Origin: an uncultured Bacilli bacterium | Lineage (GTDB): Bacteria > Bacillota_I > Bacilli_A > RF39 > UBA660 | DNA length: 32,485 nucleotides | NCBI GenBank assembly: GCA_947589165.1 | Contig: CANQCH010000003.1 | Location: 1 to 32,485, forward strand | Direction of reading: 5' to 3' | Shown here: one piece after another, positions 8,370-18,071 of the stretch | How the letters are laid out: every line of letters starts with the position of its first letter | How positions within the stretch are numbered: the first letter of the stretch is position 1 | Notes under the pieces: model-generated | Seen by the model: the letters and a program-made list of their open reading frames with translations, nothing else | Database searches by the model: none | What the model was told of the DNA's origin: nothing | Made by a program: the position numbers and the translations under genes

Positions 8370-9617
8370 CTAATTATTTTTGGTTAAAATTTCCATGGCT
8401 TTCCGCATTTTCATATCGTATTTAACAATATCTTTGGTACCATAAGCTCTTAGTAATTCATCAACGGTAATGCCATAACCTTCGGCCATTTCGCTAGCTT
8501 TTTTGTCAACTTCAGCATCCGTGAAATCAATTTTTTCCGCATCGACAATAGCTTCAATTAAATAACGATATTTAATTCTTTTTTCGGCTTCAGGTTCCAT
8601 TTGTTTATGTAAATCTTCCGCGGTTGTTCCGGTAATTTCATAATATTTATTAATATCTAAACCTTGTTGCGCTAGACGATTAGCATAATCATCAATCATG
8701 CGATGAATTTCATCATCAATGATTTCTTCATTAATCTCAACTTTTAAATTACTAGCGGCTTTATTTAAACATTCTTCTAAAAATTTATCTTCATTTTCAT
8801 GTTCTTTTTGGGTTTTAATATCCGCTTTGATTTTGGCTTTTAGTTCTTCTAAGTTATGAACATCTTCATAACCTAAATCTTTGAAGAAATCTTCGTTAAT
8901 TTCCGGTAAAGAACGAGTTTTAATTTCTTTAACAGTAACATCAAACTTAACATCTTTATTTTTTAAATCCGCCACATAATTTTCTGGAAATTTTAAATTT
9001 AAAGTTTTTGTTTCCCCGGTTTTCAAACCAACTAGGCCTTCTTCAAAACCAGGAATAAAAGAATGGGAACCAATTTCAAGTGGGAAGTTTTCGCCAGTTC
9101 CCCCTTCTAGTTCATGACCATCAACATAACCTTTAAAATCAATCACGGCCGTATCGCCTTCCGCAATAACACCATTTTCTTTAACCACCATATCGGCCAT
9201 ATGTCCTCTTAGATGTTCAATTTCATCATCTACTTCTTTGGCACTAACGGTTACTTTTTCTTTCTTTAAACCTAAATTTTTGTATTCGCCTAAAGTAACT
9301 TCTGGATGGGTAATGAAAGTAAATTTTAAAATAATATTCGCATCACTAATGCCCGTGATATCAACCGTTGGTTCAATCACCGGAACAATTTTTTGTTCAT
9401 CTAAAATCTTTTTATAAGCAATTTGAATAGCTTCATTGGCAGCATCAGGGTATAAAGATTCAATCCCAAAATTTTTTAAATATATATCTTTAGGTACATT
9501 ACCTTTCCGAAAGCCATCAACTTTGGCATCCTTCGCTTTTTTCTTAAATGTTTTATCTAAACATTCTTGCCATTCCTTATCTAATTTAATTTCCACTTCA
9601 TGTACATTTTTCTTCAT
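8370..9617 (-). CDS. tig: Trigger factor
   Basis: GFRKGNVP ribosome-binding motif; FKBP domain GDTAVIDFKG...FIPGFEEGLVG. Confidence 0.96.
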   Translation of the reverse strand: MKKNVHEVEIKLDKEWQECLDKTFKKKAKDAKVDGFRKGNVPKDIYLKNFGIESLYPDAANEAIQIAYKKILDEQKIVPVIEPTVDITGISDANIILKFTFITHPEVTLGEYKNLGLKKEKVTVSAKEVDDEIEHLRGHMADMVVKENGVIAEGDTAVIDFKGYVDGHELEGGTGENFPLEIGSHSFIPGFEEGLVGLKTGETKTLNLKFPENYVADLKNKDVKFDVTVKEIKTRSLPEINEDFFKDLGYEDVHNLEELKAKIKADIKTQKEHENEDKFLEECLNKAASNLKVEINEEIIDDEIHRMIDDYANRLAQQGLDINKYYEITGTTAEDLHKQMEPEAEKRIKYRYLIEAIVDAEKIDFTDAEVDKKASEMAEGYGITVDELLRAYGTKDIVKYDMKMRKAMEILTKNN

Positions 9618-9646
9618 ATCTAATCCTTCTTTCCAAAACTGTCTTT

Positions 9647-9675
9647 ATTATAGTATAAACTAAGGTTTTACGCAA
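9647..9675 (-). promoter_or_regulatory. sigmaA promoter of tig
   Basis: TTGCGT-17 bp-TATAAT. Confidence 0.6.
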
Positions 9676-9681
9676 CTAAAA

Positions 9682-10614
9682 CTAACCACAGATGTTAACT
9701 AAAAAGTTAATTAAAGCGGCATCTTTATCCCAAAGTCCTGTTTTAATATTGACATCCATTTCTCCTAATAAACGCAAATTATTTAATAGTTCCGTATCCG
9801 TATAACTTAATGAATTTGTATATAATTTATTTACTTGCCAATCTTGTAACTGCATCTTATTACAGATAACCGGTAAAGATAAATGCTTAGCTTGATATTT
9901 TTTTAAATAATACATTTGCCGATATTCTCGGGCTAATAAAATCACTAAACTAAGTGGTTCTACTTTATAAACTTTTAAATTATTATATAATTTTAAAGCC
10001 AAATCTAAATCTTTATTAACGACCGCATTAACAAAATGAAAATTATTATTATCGACAACTGATCCCACGATCTTTTTAACATCGGGCATTAAAACTTTAG
10101 AGGGCTTATTGTAATATAAAAAGATTTTATCCATTTCGTTATATAAAATATCTAAACTACTCGTATTATTTAATAAATAATTAACTACTTCGGTATCAAA
10201 AGTATAACCATTCTTTTTACCATAGTCAAAAATCGCTTTTTCTTTATCTTTCCATGTATAAGGTAAAATATTGATCATTTGATATTTTTCTTTAATCATT
10301 TTACTAATTTTTTTCCGCATATCTACACCATTTAAAGTGGTAAAAATTAGCGTTACATTTTCGTTTGGATGCGTAAAATAACTAATTAAATTATCACTAT
10401 CTTTATCACTTAATTTTGTGGTCGCAAAAAAATTAGCATTACTAACAATAATAATTTTCGCTTCATTGGTTAAAGAAAAATAACTGGTTTCTTGCCAAAC
10501 TTCATCTAAAGATACTTTATTTAAATTCATAATTAAAAAGGGTTTATTTTTAACTATTTTGGCAACTTCTTCATTAATAAGACGATAACTTTCTGCGGCT
10601 ATTAAATATATCAT
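9682..10614 (-). CDS. holA: DNA polymerase III delta subunit
   Basis: MIYLI start, NEMDK, DVNIKTG near the C-terminus, ~310 aa, canonical position after comEC. Start ATG 10614 after AGGAG. Confidence 0.88.
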   Translation of the reverse strand: MIYLIAAESYRLINEEVAKIVKNKPFLIMNLNKVSLDEVWQETSYFSLTNEAKIIIVSNANFFATTKLSDKDSDNLISYFTHPNENVTLIFTTLNGVDMRKKISKMIKEKYQMINILPYTWKDKEKAIFDYGKKNGYTFDTEVVNYLLNNTSSLDILYNEMDKIFLYYNKPSKVLMPDVKKIVGSVVDNNNFHFVNAVVNKDLDLALKLYNNLKVYKVEPLSLVILLAREYRQMYYLKKYQAKHLSLPVICNKMQLQDWQVNKLYTNSLSYTDTELLNNLRLLGEMDVNIKTGLWDKDAALINFLVNICG

Positions 10615-10642
10615 AATGAGACTCCTAAAATTATTATACACT

Positions 10643-10669
10643 AAAAAAAGACCTAGCTAAAGTCTTTTT
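10643..10669 (-). terminator. Terminator after comEC
   Basis: AAAAAGAC...GTCTTTTT inverted repeat with A/T tracts. Confidence 0.55.
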
Positions 10670-10701
10670 ATCTATTTAAACATTAATTAATGTATTATAT
10701 T

Positions 10702-12759
10702 TTATGGTTTATATTCCTTGATGGTATAGGTCTTTGGCCTAATTGTAAGCGCAATCGTGCCACTCGTTTGCGTATTTAAATATTTGCACCCATATTTTTT
10801 TAAAGTAGCTATCGTTTCTTTAGCTGGATGCCCATATATATTATTACGACCACTACTAATGATACCATATTGAAAATTTAAATTTTTAATAAATAGTTCA
10901 CTACTCGAAGTATTCGAACCATGGTGCCCTAGTTTTAAAAAATCGACTTTTAAATTGTAATTTTTCATAAGCTCTTCTTCGATAGCCTTAGGTGCATCAC
11001 CCATGAATAAAAAACCATATTGATAAATCTTTAAATAATAAACAGCACTACTAATATTTTCATCCGAATTAATGGTATTATTTAAATTAATTAACGGAAA
11101 ATATCTACTTTTAATTTCTTTACTAATAGGCCCTACTTCGCTAATCTTTTTTTCTAAATCATTTAGAGGCCCCTTATTTAAAACAATATTTTTTACTTTA
11201 AAATTATTCAAAATATTTAAAGCCTCACCCGCATGATCAATATCGCCATGACTTAATAATAAATAATTAATTCGGGTAATTCCTAAACTTTTTAAAAATT
11301 TTAAAGTATTATCACTTAAATGATAACTTTTGGTTTGTTTTTGCCAAGTCTCTTTTTCATAATCTATTTTACCGCCCGTATCGAGCATGATAATTTCTTG
11401 TTGATGCGGACTAATTAAAACAAAAGAATCCCCTTGCCCCACATCTAAGTAATAGATGTAATAATTATTATCTAATTTAGGTAAAAATTTTACCACGAGT
11501 ATTAAGATACCAAGACTCAGAAAATATTTAAAATTATTTAAACAAAATATTAGTAAAAGATAATATAAAATGATAACCAACCAATTTAATTTAGGAATTA
11601 CCAGCATAATTTTAAAAAGATTTGTAAAGGTATTTAATTTAGTTAAAAGTCCTATGGTAAAACTAAAAATGGGATTGACTAGCGGTACTATAAATGTTAA
11701 TAAAGCTAACGGATAAACAATTAAAGAGATAAAGGGAACAAAAAATAAATTGGCGATAATACTTGTAAAATTAATTTCATAATTTAAATTAATGGTAATA
11801 GGTAAAGAAAAGGCAAATGATATAAGGCTGATTATTAATAATTGGACAAAATATTTGCCCTTAATTAGTTTATGACTTAAAATAATTCCCCCAGTAATGC
11901 CAAAAGAATAAATAAAACCAACATCGTAAACGATAAAGGGATTAATAATTATTAATATAAATGCTGTGATTAATAAAACTTGAAAATTGCTCATTTTTAA
12001 GTTTTTTATTTTCTTAATATTTAATAATAAGTAAAATAAAACTGCCCTTAATATTGAAGCACTAAAATTAGTTAAAAACGCATAAAAAAATAAAATACTA
12101 GTAACAATAAAGGTCTTTTTACTTAATTTTAAATTTTTTAAAAATAAATCTAAGATTTTTAAAAAGACCCCAATATGCATTCCGGAAATCGCCAACAAAT
12201 GCGCAACGCCATTTTCTTGAAAATTAGTGTATTCTTCACTACTAATTAAACTTTTATCGCCTAAAATAAATATTTTTAAATAATCACTATGTTCTAAAGT
12301 ATCTATCCGTTTATAAAAATAATCTTTGATTTTATACAACCAATTATTATTAGAATATATTGCTAATTTTTCAATTTGATAAGTTCTATATATTCTTTTC
12401 GCATAAAGATACTTTCGATAATTAAAAGTATTAGGAATAGTGTTATTTATGGCTACACTCCCCTGACCTTGTAATTTAATCGTACAACCTAAACAAATTT
12501 TAGTTTGTAAATTTTTTAATTCTGCTTCCGTTTTTACATAATAGGTAGCTTTTATCTTTTCTTCAGCTTTAATATCTAATGCTAATTTATTTCCATTAAA
12601 ACTATAATTAGTAATAACACCTGTAATCATTGTATCAGTTTGGCTATATTTAGACTGATATTTAACAAATTTAGTAAAGATAAAGACATAACCAATAGTA
12701 AAAATAATAAGTCCTATATAAAGAATATTAAATCGTAATATATTCTTTAATTTTGGCAT
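10702..12759 (-). CDS. comEC: DNA uptake channel ComEC/Rec2
   Basis: HLLAISGMH competence motif; beta-lactamase-like domain LDVGQGDS, SHGDIDH, GHHGS, YGHP. Start uncertain (12759 or 12786); overlaps the comEA end. Confidence 0.94.
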   Translation of the reverse strand: MPKLKNILRFNILYIGLIIFTIGYVFIFTKFVKYQSKYSQTDTMITGVITNYSFNGNKLALDIKAEEKIKATYYVKTEAELKNLQTKICLGCTIKLQGQGSVAINNTIPNTFNYRKYLYAKRIYRTYQIEKLAIYSNNNWLYKIKDYFYKRIDTLEHSDYLKIFILGDKSLISSEEYTNFQENGVAHLLAISGMHIGVFLKILDLFLKNLKLSKKTFIVTSILFFYAFLTNFSASILRAVLFYLLLNIKKIKNLKMSNFQVLLITAFILIIINPFIVYDVGFIYSFGITGGIILSHKLIKGKYFVQLLIISLISFAFSLPITINLNYEINFTSIIANLFFVPFISLIVYPLALLTFIVPLVNPIFSFTIGLLTKLNTFTNLFKIMLVIPKLNWLVIILYYLLLIFCLNNFKYFLSLGILILVVKFLPKLDNNYYIYYLDVGQGDSFVLISPHQQEIIMLDTGGKIDYEKETWQKQTKSYHLSDNTLKFLKSLGITRINYLLLSHGDIDHAGEALNILNNFKVKNIVLNKGPLNDLEKKISEVGPISKEIKSRYFPLINLNNTINSDENISSAVYYLKIYQYGFLFMGDAPKAIEEELMKNYNLKVDFLKLGHHGSNTSSSELFIKNLNFQYGIISSGRNNIYGHPAKETIATLKKYGCKYLNTQTSGTIALTIRPKTYTIKEYKP

Positions 12760-13489
12760 AAATACTTGGTCCAATTCCTTTAACATTCATTATTTCTTCA
12801 ATATTTTTAAATAAACCATTATTATCGCGATAATTAATAATAGCCGCTGCTTTCGCTTCCCCAATGCCATTTAATTTAACTAACTCGGTAATAGATGCCG
12901 TATTAATATTCACAACTAATGTTTCTATAGCTTCTTCATTATTTTCTTCCTTCGTTGGTGTTTCATCCGTTTTTATAGTTTCTTTAGTATTATCATTATT
13001 AGGCGCTTCTTTTTCACTAGGAACCTTACTGGTAATACTATAATTAGTTTTGGGTTTAGTAGTACTAGCTGAAGAACTATTCGCGGGTTTATCTGATTTA
13101 GATATAGAACTATCATTACTACTATTACTTTGATATTCTTTAATGGTATAAACATAAACCATTAAGCCATCTTTTAAAAGACTACTTAACCCTAAATTAG
13201 CAGTATAGGCATCTTCATTAAAGCCACCACTAGCCAGAATTAAATTATTTAAAGTGTCAGTTTCTAACATTTCATAAACACCAGGTCGAACTACTGCCCC
13301 TTTAATATCAACCTTAATTTTTTTAACCTCACTTTTTAAACTATCAGTATTATCGTTCTCGTTTTCCCAACTTATAATTTCGCCATTTTCTTTTGATTTA
13401 GCTAGAAATATTTGCCTAAGACCAACAAAATTTAAAATAATTAATGCCACTATAATTAAAATTTTTTTATATTTTTTTATAAATATCAT
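12728..13489 (-). CDS. comEA: Competence DNA receptor ComEA
   Basis: TM anchor, SLBB domain (VDIKGAVVRPGVY), Ser-rich linker, HhH (VNINTA...GIGEAKA...VKGIG). Start ATG 13489 after GGAGG. Confidence 0.93.
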   Translation of the reverse strand: MIFIKKYKKILIIVALIILNFVGLRQIFLAKSKENGEIISWENENDNTDSLKSEVKKIKVDIKGAVVRPGVYEMLETDTLNNLILASGGFNEDAYTANLGLSSLLKDGLMVYVYTIKEYQSNSSNDSSISKSDKPANSSSASTTKPKTNYSITSKVPSEKEAPNNDNTKETIKTDETPTKEENNEEAIETLVVNINTASITELVKLNGIGEAKAAAIINYRDNNGLFKNIEEIMNVKGIGPSIYAKIKEYITI

Positions 13490-13548
13490 ATAACCTCCCT
13501 TCACTTATATATATAGTCGTATCAAAAGCTTTTTCCTTTTTTAGCATG

Positions 13549-13578
13549 AAAAAAACTTCAGCAATTGCTGAAGTTTTT
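13549..13578 (-). terminator. Terminator after the HNH gene
   Basis: AAAAACTTCAGC-AATT-GCTGAAGTTTTT perfect stem. Confidence 0.8.
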
Positions 13579-13670
13579 CTATTAGGAATTTTAAAATTAT
13601 ATAATTTTTATATCACCCTTTTTAATTGGTTAGTTGGTTTTTATATTTGTTAAAATTTCCCGCTTTATCA

Positions 13671-14162
13671 TTAAGATGAATACCAGTTATTTCCTCTATA
13701 ACCGCCTTTCACAATTTCTTTTATTAAGTTATGGCTCACACCATATTTTTGTGCTAACTTTCTATAACTAACTTTTTTAAAGGGATAGTTAGTATCTTTT
13801 CCTTTAGTTTCCTTATTTCCTTTTTCATATAACATTTTAATTTCTTTAATTTGCTCATCAGTTAATTTGGATCTAGGATGATTTTTACCTCTTAAATGTT
13901 TCTTTGCATTAGTAACATAAAGATTATCAATAGCATTATTTGTATAATTATTGTCTTTATGATGCACCAAAAGTTTATAATTTTCAAAGTCAAAATCTTG
14001 ATGAAAAGCATAATAAACTAATCTTGCATAAGAAACACTTTTAATCTCACCATTTACTACAATTTCAATAGTTTTATGAAAAGCCATAGGTTTTTTACCA
14101 TTTAATCTTAAAATTGTTCCATTTTCATATATTTCATACCCATATAAATTTACTTTCTTCAT
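13671..14162 (-). CDS. HNH homing-endonuclease-like protein (HNH_3 core plus C-terminal HTH)
   Basis: RLVYYAF...VHHKDNNYTNNAIDNL...H, then GKNHPRSKLTDEQIKEI and SYRKLAQKYGVS HTH, typical of phage I-HmuI-like enzymes. Start ATG 14162 after GAGGTGA. Confidence 0.85.
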   Translation of the reverse strand: MKKVNLYGYEIYENGTILRLNGKKPMAFHKTIEIVVNGEIKSVSYARLVYYAFHQDFDFENYKLLVHHKDNNYTNNAIDNLYVTNAKKHLRGKNHPRSKLTDEQIKEIKMLYEKGNKETKGKDTNYPFKKVSYRKLAQKYGVSHNLIKEIVKGGYRGNNWYSS

Positions 14163-14344
14163 TAATATCACCTCTCTTTAAATACTATCAATATATTTGT
14201 GGCAAAATCTAAAATTATACTTAATAACCTTTTATTTTCAGAATATTGTAAAGTTATTACGTTCTTGATTTATACTATTCATTAGTGATTAATTGCTCGA
14301 AAAATCACTAATCGTTCATAAATTGATTGACCGATCGGCATGTT

Positions 14345-14370
14345 AAAAAAGACTAAGCAAACTTAGTCTT
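14345..14370 (-). terminator. Terminator after ppdK
   Basis: Minus strand AAGACTAAG-TTTG-CTTAGTCTT-TTTT directly after the stop. Confidence 0.8.
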
Positions 14371-14372
14371 AA

Positions 14373-17003
14373 TTATTTTCCTTGTTTTTCTTTAATTGCG
14401 GCTTGTGCAGCAGCTAATCTTGCAATTGGCACCCGATATGGTGAACAAGATACATAATTAAAGCCTAATTGATGACAGAAAGCAATACTAGATGGATCAC
14501 CACCATGTTCGCCACAGATACCTAAAGAGATATCAGGTCTAACTGTCCGCGCTTTTTGGACCGCCATTGTCATTAACGCTCCTACTCCTTTTTGATCAAT
14601 CCGACTAAATGGATCAGATTCAAAAATTTGTTTTTCATAATAAGCATTTAAAAATTTACCAGCATCATCACGCGAGAAACCAAAAGTCATTTGTGTTAAA
14701 TCGTTCGTGCCAAAGCTAAAGAATTCAGCTTCTTCGGCCATTTCATCAGCTAAAAGAGCAGCCCGAGGAATTTCAATCATGGTTCCCACTTTATATTTAA
14801 TATCTAAACCTGAGGCTTTAATTAAATCATCCGCGACTTCAACAACTACATTTTTGACATATTTAAGTTCTTTCACTTCGCCAACCAACGGAATCATTAT
14901 TTCGGGTTCTACTTTAATGCCCTTTTTCGTCACATTAATTGCAGCTTCAATAACGGCTCTCGTTTGCATTTTCGCAATTTCGGGATAAGTAATGGCTAAC
15001 CGACAGCCCCGATGTCCCATCATAGGATTAAATTCTTTTAAAGATGCTATAACATTCCGTAAATCTTCTTCCGTCTTACCTAAATCAAGAGCGAGTTCCT
15101 TAATTTCACCATCAGTTTTAGGTAAAAATTCATGAAGAGGTGGATCCAAATAACGAATAATTACTGGATATGGTGCCATGGCTTCAAATAAGCCTTCAAA
15201 GTCTTCTCTTTGATATGGCAAAATTAATTCTAACGCTTTTTCCCGTTCTTCCACTGTCGTTGCACAGATCATTTTCCGAAAATTAAAAATCCGATTTTTT
15301 TCAAAAAACATATGTTCTGTCCGACATAAACCAATTCCTTCGGCCCCAAATTCTTTCGCTTGCCGAGCATCTTTTGGCGTATCCGCATTAGTCCGAATTT
15401 GTAGTTTGCGTGCTTCATCAGCCCAGGCCATAAAGGTTTTAAAATCGCCACTAATAGAAGCCGGAACTTTAGCAATTTTACCTTCATAAACTTTACCAGT
15501 AGTCCCATCTAACGAAATATAATCGCCTTCATGGAATACTAATCCAGCTTTCGTTTTTAAAGTTTTTTCCGTTTCATTAATGGTAAAATCACCTACCCCC
15601 GAAACACAACAAATTCCCATGCCCCGAGCTACTACTGCAGCATGACTAGTCATCCCACCGCGAATAGTTAATACTCCTTCACTCGAATTCATTCCTTCGA
15701 TATCTTCGGGCGAAGTTTCTAAACGCACTAAAACCGCTTCTTCGCCATTTTTCTTAGCCTTAATTACACTTGGAGCATCAAAATATATTTTACCAGAACC
15801 AGCCCCTGGGGAAGCAGCTAAACCTTCACCAATTACTTTACTTTTAGCTAAATCGGTTTCACTAAAGGTGGGATGAAGTAAAGCATCTAATTGTTTAGGA
15901 TCAACCATACAAACCGCATCTTCTTGGGAAATCTTCCCTTCATTAACTAAATCAACGGCAATTTTAACAGCTGCTTTAGCGGTTCTTTTCCCATTACGCG
16001 TTTGTAAAATAAATAACTTCCCATTTTCAATTGTAAACTCCATATCTTGCATATCATTATAATGATTTTCCAAAGTTTCGGCGATTTTCACAAATTCTTC
16101 ATATACTTCCGGCATTACTTTAGCTAAGGTATCAATCTCAGCTGGAGTTCTTACACCGGCAACGACATCTTCCCCTTGAGCATTAATTAAGTATTCGCCA
16201 AAAATTTTCTTTTCCCCAGTTGCTGGATTACGCGTAAAGGCAACCCCGGTTCCCGATAAATCATTGCTATTACCATAAACCATTTCTTGCACATTAACGG
16301 CCGTTCCCCAGTCACCAGGAATATCATTTAACCGGCGATAATAAATGGCTCTTTCATTATTCCAACTACGAAAAACCGCTTTAACGGCTTCAATTAATTG
16401 TTCAAACGGATCTTGCGGAAAATCTTCACCAGCATTTTTACGATATTCTTCTTTAAATTTTTCGGTTAAATAAACCATATCGTCGGCATCAAGTTCAATA
16501 TCTTGTTTTATGCCTTTTTGGCTCTTTACGTCATCAATTATTTCTTCAAATTTTTTCTTAGAATAACCCTTTACAACATCACTAAACATTTGAATAAAAC
16601 GCCGATAAGAATCATAAACAAATCTTTTATTATTACTTCTTTCGGCAAAAGAAGCCGCAATTTCATCATTTAAACCTAAGTTTAAAATTGTATCCATCAT
16701 CCCCGGCATGCTTACTCGGGCCCCACTTCTGACACTAACAAGTAAGGGATTAGCTAAATCACCAAATTTTTTCCCTGAAAGTTGTTCTAATTCGGCAATC
16801 TTAGTTTTTATTTCGCTAACAATTTCGGCACTAATTGTTTCATTATCAGCATAATATTTATTACAAGCTTCCGTCGTAATGGTAAAACCATTGGGCACTG
16901 GTAAACCAATATTAGACATTTCGGCTAAATTTGCTCCCTTACCTCCTAGTAAGTTTTTCATATCCTTGTTTCCTTCATGAAACATATAAACATATTTTTC
17001 CAT
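14373..17003 (-). CDS. ppdK: Pyruvate, phosphate dikinase
   Basis: LGGKGANLAEM, SMPGMMDT, phospho-His motif GGMTSHAAVVAR, GTNDLTQ, GICGEHGG. True start MEKYVY at 17003 after AGGAGG (876 aa). Confidence 0.97.
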   Translation of the reverse strand: MEKYVYMFHEGNKDMKNLLGGKGANLAEMSNIGLPVPNGFTITTEACNKYYADNETISAEIVSEIKTKIAELEQLSGKKFGDLANPLLVSVRSGARVSMPGMMDTILNLGLNDEIAASFAERSNNKRFVYDSYRRFIQMFSDVVKGYSKKKFEEIIDDVKSQKGIKQDIELDADDMVYLTEKFKEEYRKNAGEDFPQDPFEQLIEAVKAVFRSWNNERAIYYRRLNDIPGDWGTAVNVQEMVYGNSNDLSGTGVAFTRNPATGEKKIFGEYLINAQGEDVVAGVRTPAEIDTLAKVMPEVYEEFVKIAETLENHYNDMQDMEFTIENGKLFILQTRNGKRTAKAAVKIAVDLVNEGKISQEDAVCMVDPKQLDALLHPTFSETDLAKSKVIGEGLAASPGAGSGKIYFDAPSVIKAKKNGEEAVLVRLETSPEDIEGMNSSEGVLTIRGGMTSHAAVVARGMGICCVSGVGDFTINETEKTLKTKAGLVFHEGDYISLDGTTGKVYEGKIAKVPASISGDFKTFMAWADEARKLQIRTNADTPKDARQAKEFGAEGIGLCRTEHMFFEKNRIFNFRKMICATTVEEREKALELILPYQREDFEGLFEAMAPYPVIIRYLDPPLHEFLPKTDGEIKELALDLGKTEEDLRNVIASLKEFNPMMGHRGCRLAITYPEIAKMQTRAVIEAAINVTKKGIKVEPEIMIPLVGEVKELKYVKNVVVEVADDLIKASGLDIKYKVGTMIEIPRAALLADEMAEEAEFFSFGTNDLTQMTFGFSRDDAGKFLNAYYEKQIFESDPFSRIDQKGVGALMTMAVQKARTVRPDISLGICGEHGGDPSSIAFCHQLGFNYVSCSPYRVPIARLAAAQAAIKEKQGK

Positions 17004-17039
17004 ATCCATCCTCCTATTTCTCATTTTATCATGGTCGAC

Positions 17040-17067
17040 AAAAAAAAGGAACAACGAATTGTTCCTT
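17040..17067 (-). terminator. Terminator after the pilin-like gene
   Basis: Minus strand AAGGAACAA-TTCG-TTGTTCCTT plus T tract. Confidence 0.8.
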
Positions 17068-17070
17068 AAT

Positions 17071-17496
17071 TTAACTTTCTTCATAATGAGCATAAACATT
17101 ATTATTTTCCACCCAAACATATACTTTATCATCATTAACACGTTTTCCTGTTTCATTATTAATAATGACCTTATTACCATCTTCATCTCGATCATCAGTT
17201 ACAATATAATTACGAGTTAATAAATATTCCACCGTGACTTCTAAACAATGCAATGATTCGCTAGGCTCTTCATTCATAAAAGCACATTTATCGGTTCCAT
17301 CTTGTCTTAATCGATATAAATTATCTTCCCCATACCGAATAGCACCGTTTTCAATAATTTCAATTTCACTTTGCCACATACTTTTTTTAATCATTTTGGT
17401 AACGCCTGAAATACTAGCCGAACCAATGACCGCGACCAAAGCTAAAATTAAAATTACCCCTAATAGTTCAACTAAAGTAAAACCCTTTTTGTTCAT
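17071..17496 (-). CDS. Prepilin-type N-terminal cleavage/methylation protein (type IV pilin-like)
   Basis: MNKKG/FTLVELLGVILIL class III signal peptide; two Cys; AGGTGA RBS. Confidence 0.9.
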   Translation of the reverse strand: MNKKGFTLVELLGVILILALVAVIGSASISGVTKMIKKSMWQSEIEIIENGAIRYGEDNLYRLRQDGTDKCAFMNEEPSESLHCLEVTVEYLLTRNYIVTDDRDEDGNKVIINNETGKRVNDDKVYVWVENNNVYAHYEES

Positions 17497-17504
17497 ATCA
17501 TCAC

Positions 17505-18062
17505 CTATTTTAACATTAATTTTAAGGCTTCTTTAACTTGATTTTCTAATTTTTCACTCGGATTAACTAACGGAATAACTTTTTTAATTTCCGAAAGTTT
17601 ATAACCTAAAGATTCTAAAACACTCATTAATTCTTCAATACTATTATTTTCTGTTTCTGCATTACCTTCAATATTAATTTTATTTTTCAAATCTAATATT
17701 ATTTGGCGGGCTAGTTTTTCACCAATCTTAGGAAACTTAGTTAAATACAAAATATTTTCACGATTAATGGCATCAACTATTCCACTAATAGAACCCGTAG
17801 CAATAATTGGTAAAGCTAACTTTGGTCCTAAACCTTTAACCGAGATTAATTTTAAGAAAAGTTCATATTCTTCCTTTATTTTAAATCCAAATAAAGCCAT
17901 ATCATCTTCACTAATCTTGGTGTAAACATAAACTTTATATTCTTCGCCAATATTATAACTAAAAGGGTTAGGTACATTTATTTTATACCCAACACCACCA
18001 CATTCGATTGTAATATTACCACTATCAATTTCCGTGATAATTCCTTTAAAATATGTATACAT
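17505..18062 (-). CDS. ruvA: Holliday junction branch migration protein RuvA
   Basis: GGVGYKI, LFGF, LISVKGLGPKLA, PKIGEKLARQIILDL, LESLGY. Confidence 0.95.
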   Translation of the reverse strand: MYTYFKGIITEIDSGNITIECGGVGYKINVPNPFSYNIGEEYKVYVYTKISEDDMALFGFKIKEEYELFLKLISVKGLGPKLALPIIATGSISGIVDAINRENILYLTKFPKIGEKLARQIILDLKNKINIEGNAETENNSIEELMSVLESLGYKLSEIKKVIPLVNPSEKLENQVKEALKLMLK

Positions 18063-18071
18063 AAAACCACC

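Noticed and set aside
13587-13608. AT-only palindromes (AAAATTATATAATTTT)
   Set aside because: Expected by chance in very AT-rich intergenic DNA.
13549-14337. Group I intron hosting the HNH gene
   Set aside because: No interrupted gene; flanks are short and AT-rich, without recognisable intron core elements.
17004-17195. 64-aa N-terminal extension of PpdK in the ORF track
   Set aside because: It overlaps the pilin gene and its terminator; a strong AGGAGG precedes ATG 17003 and gives a normal PPDK length.
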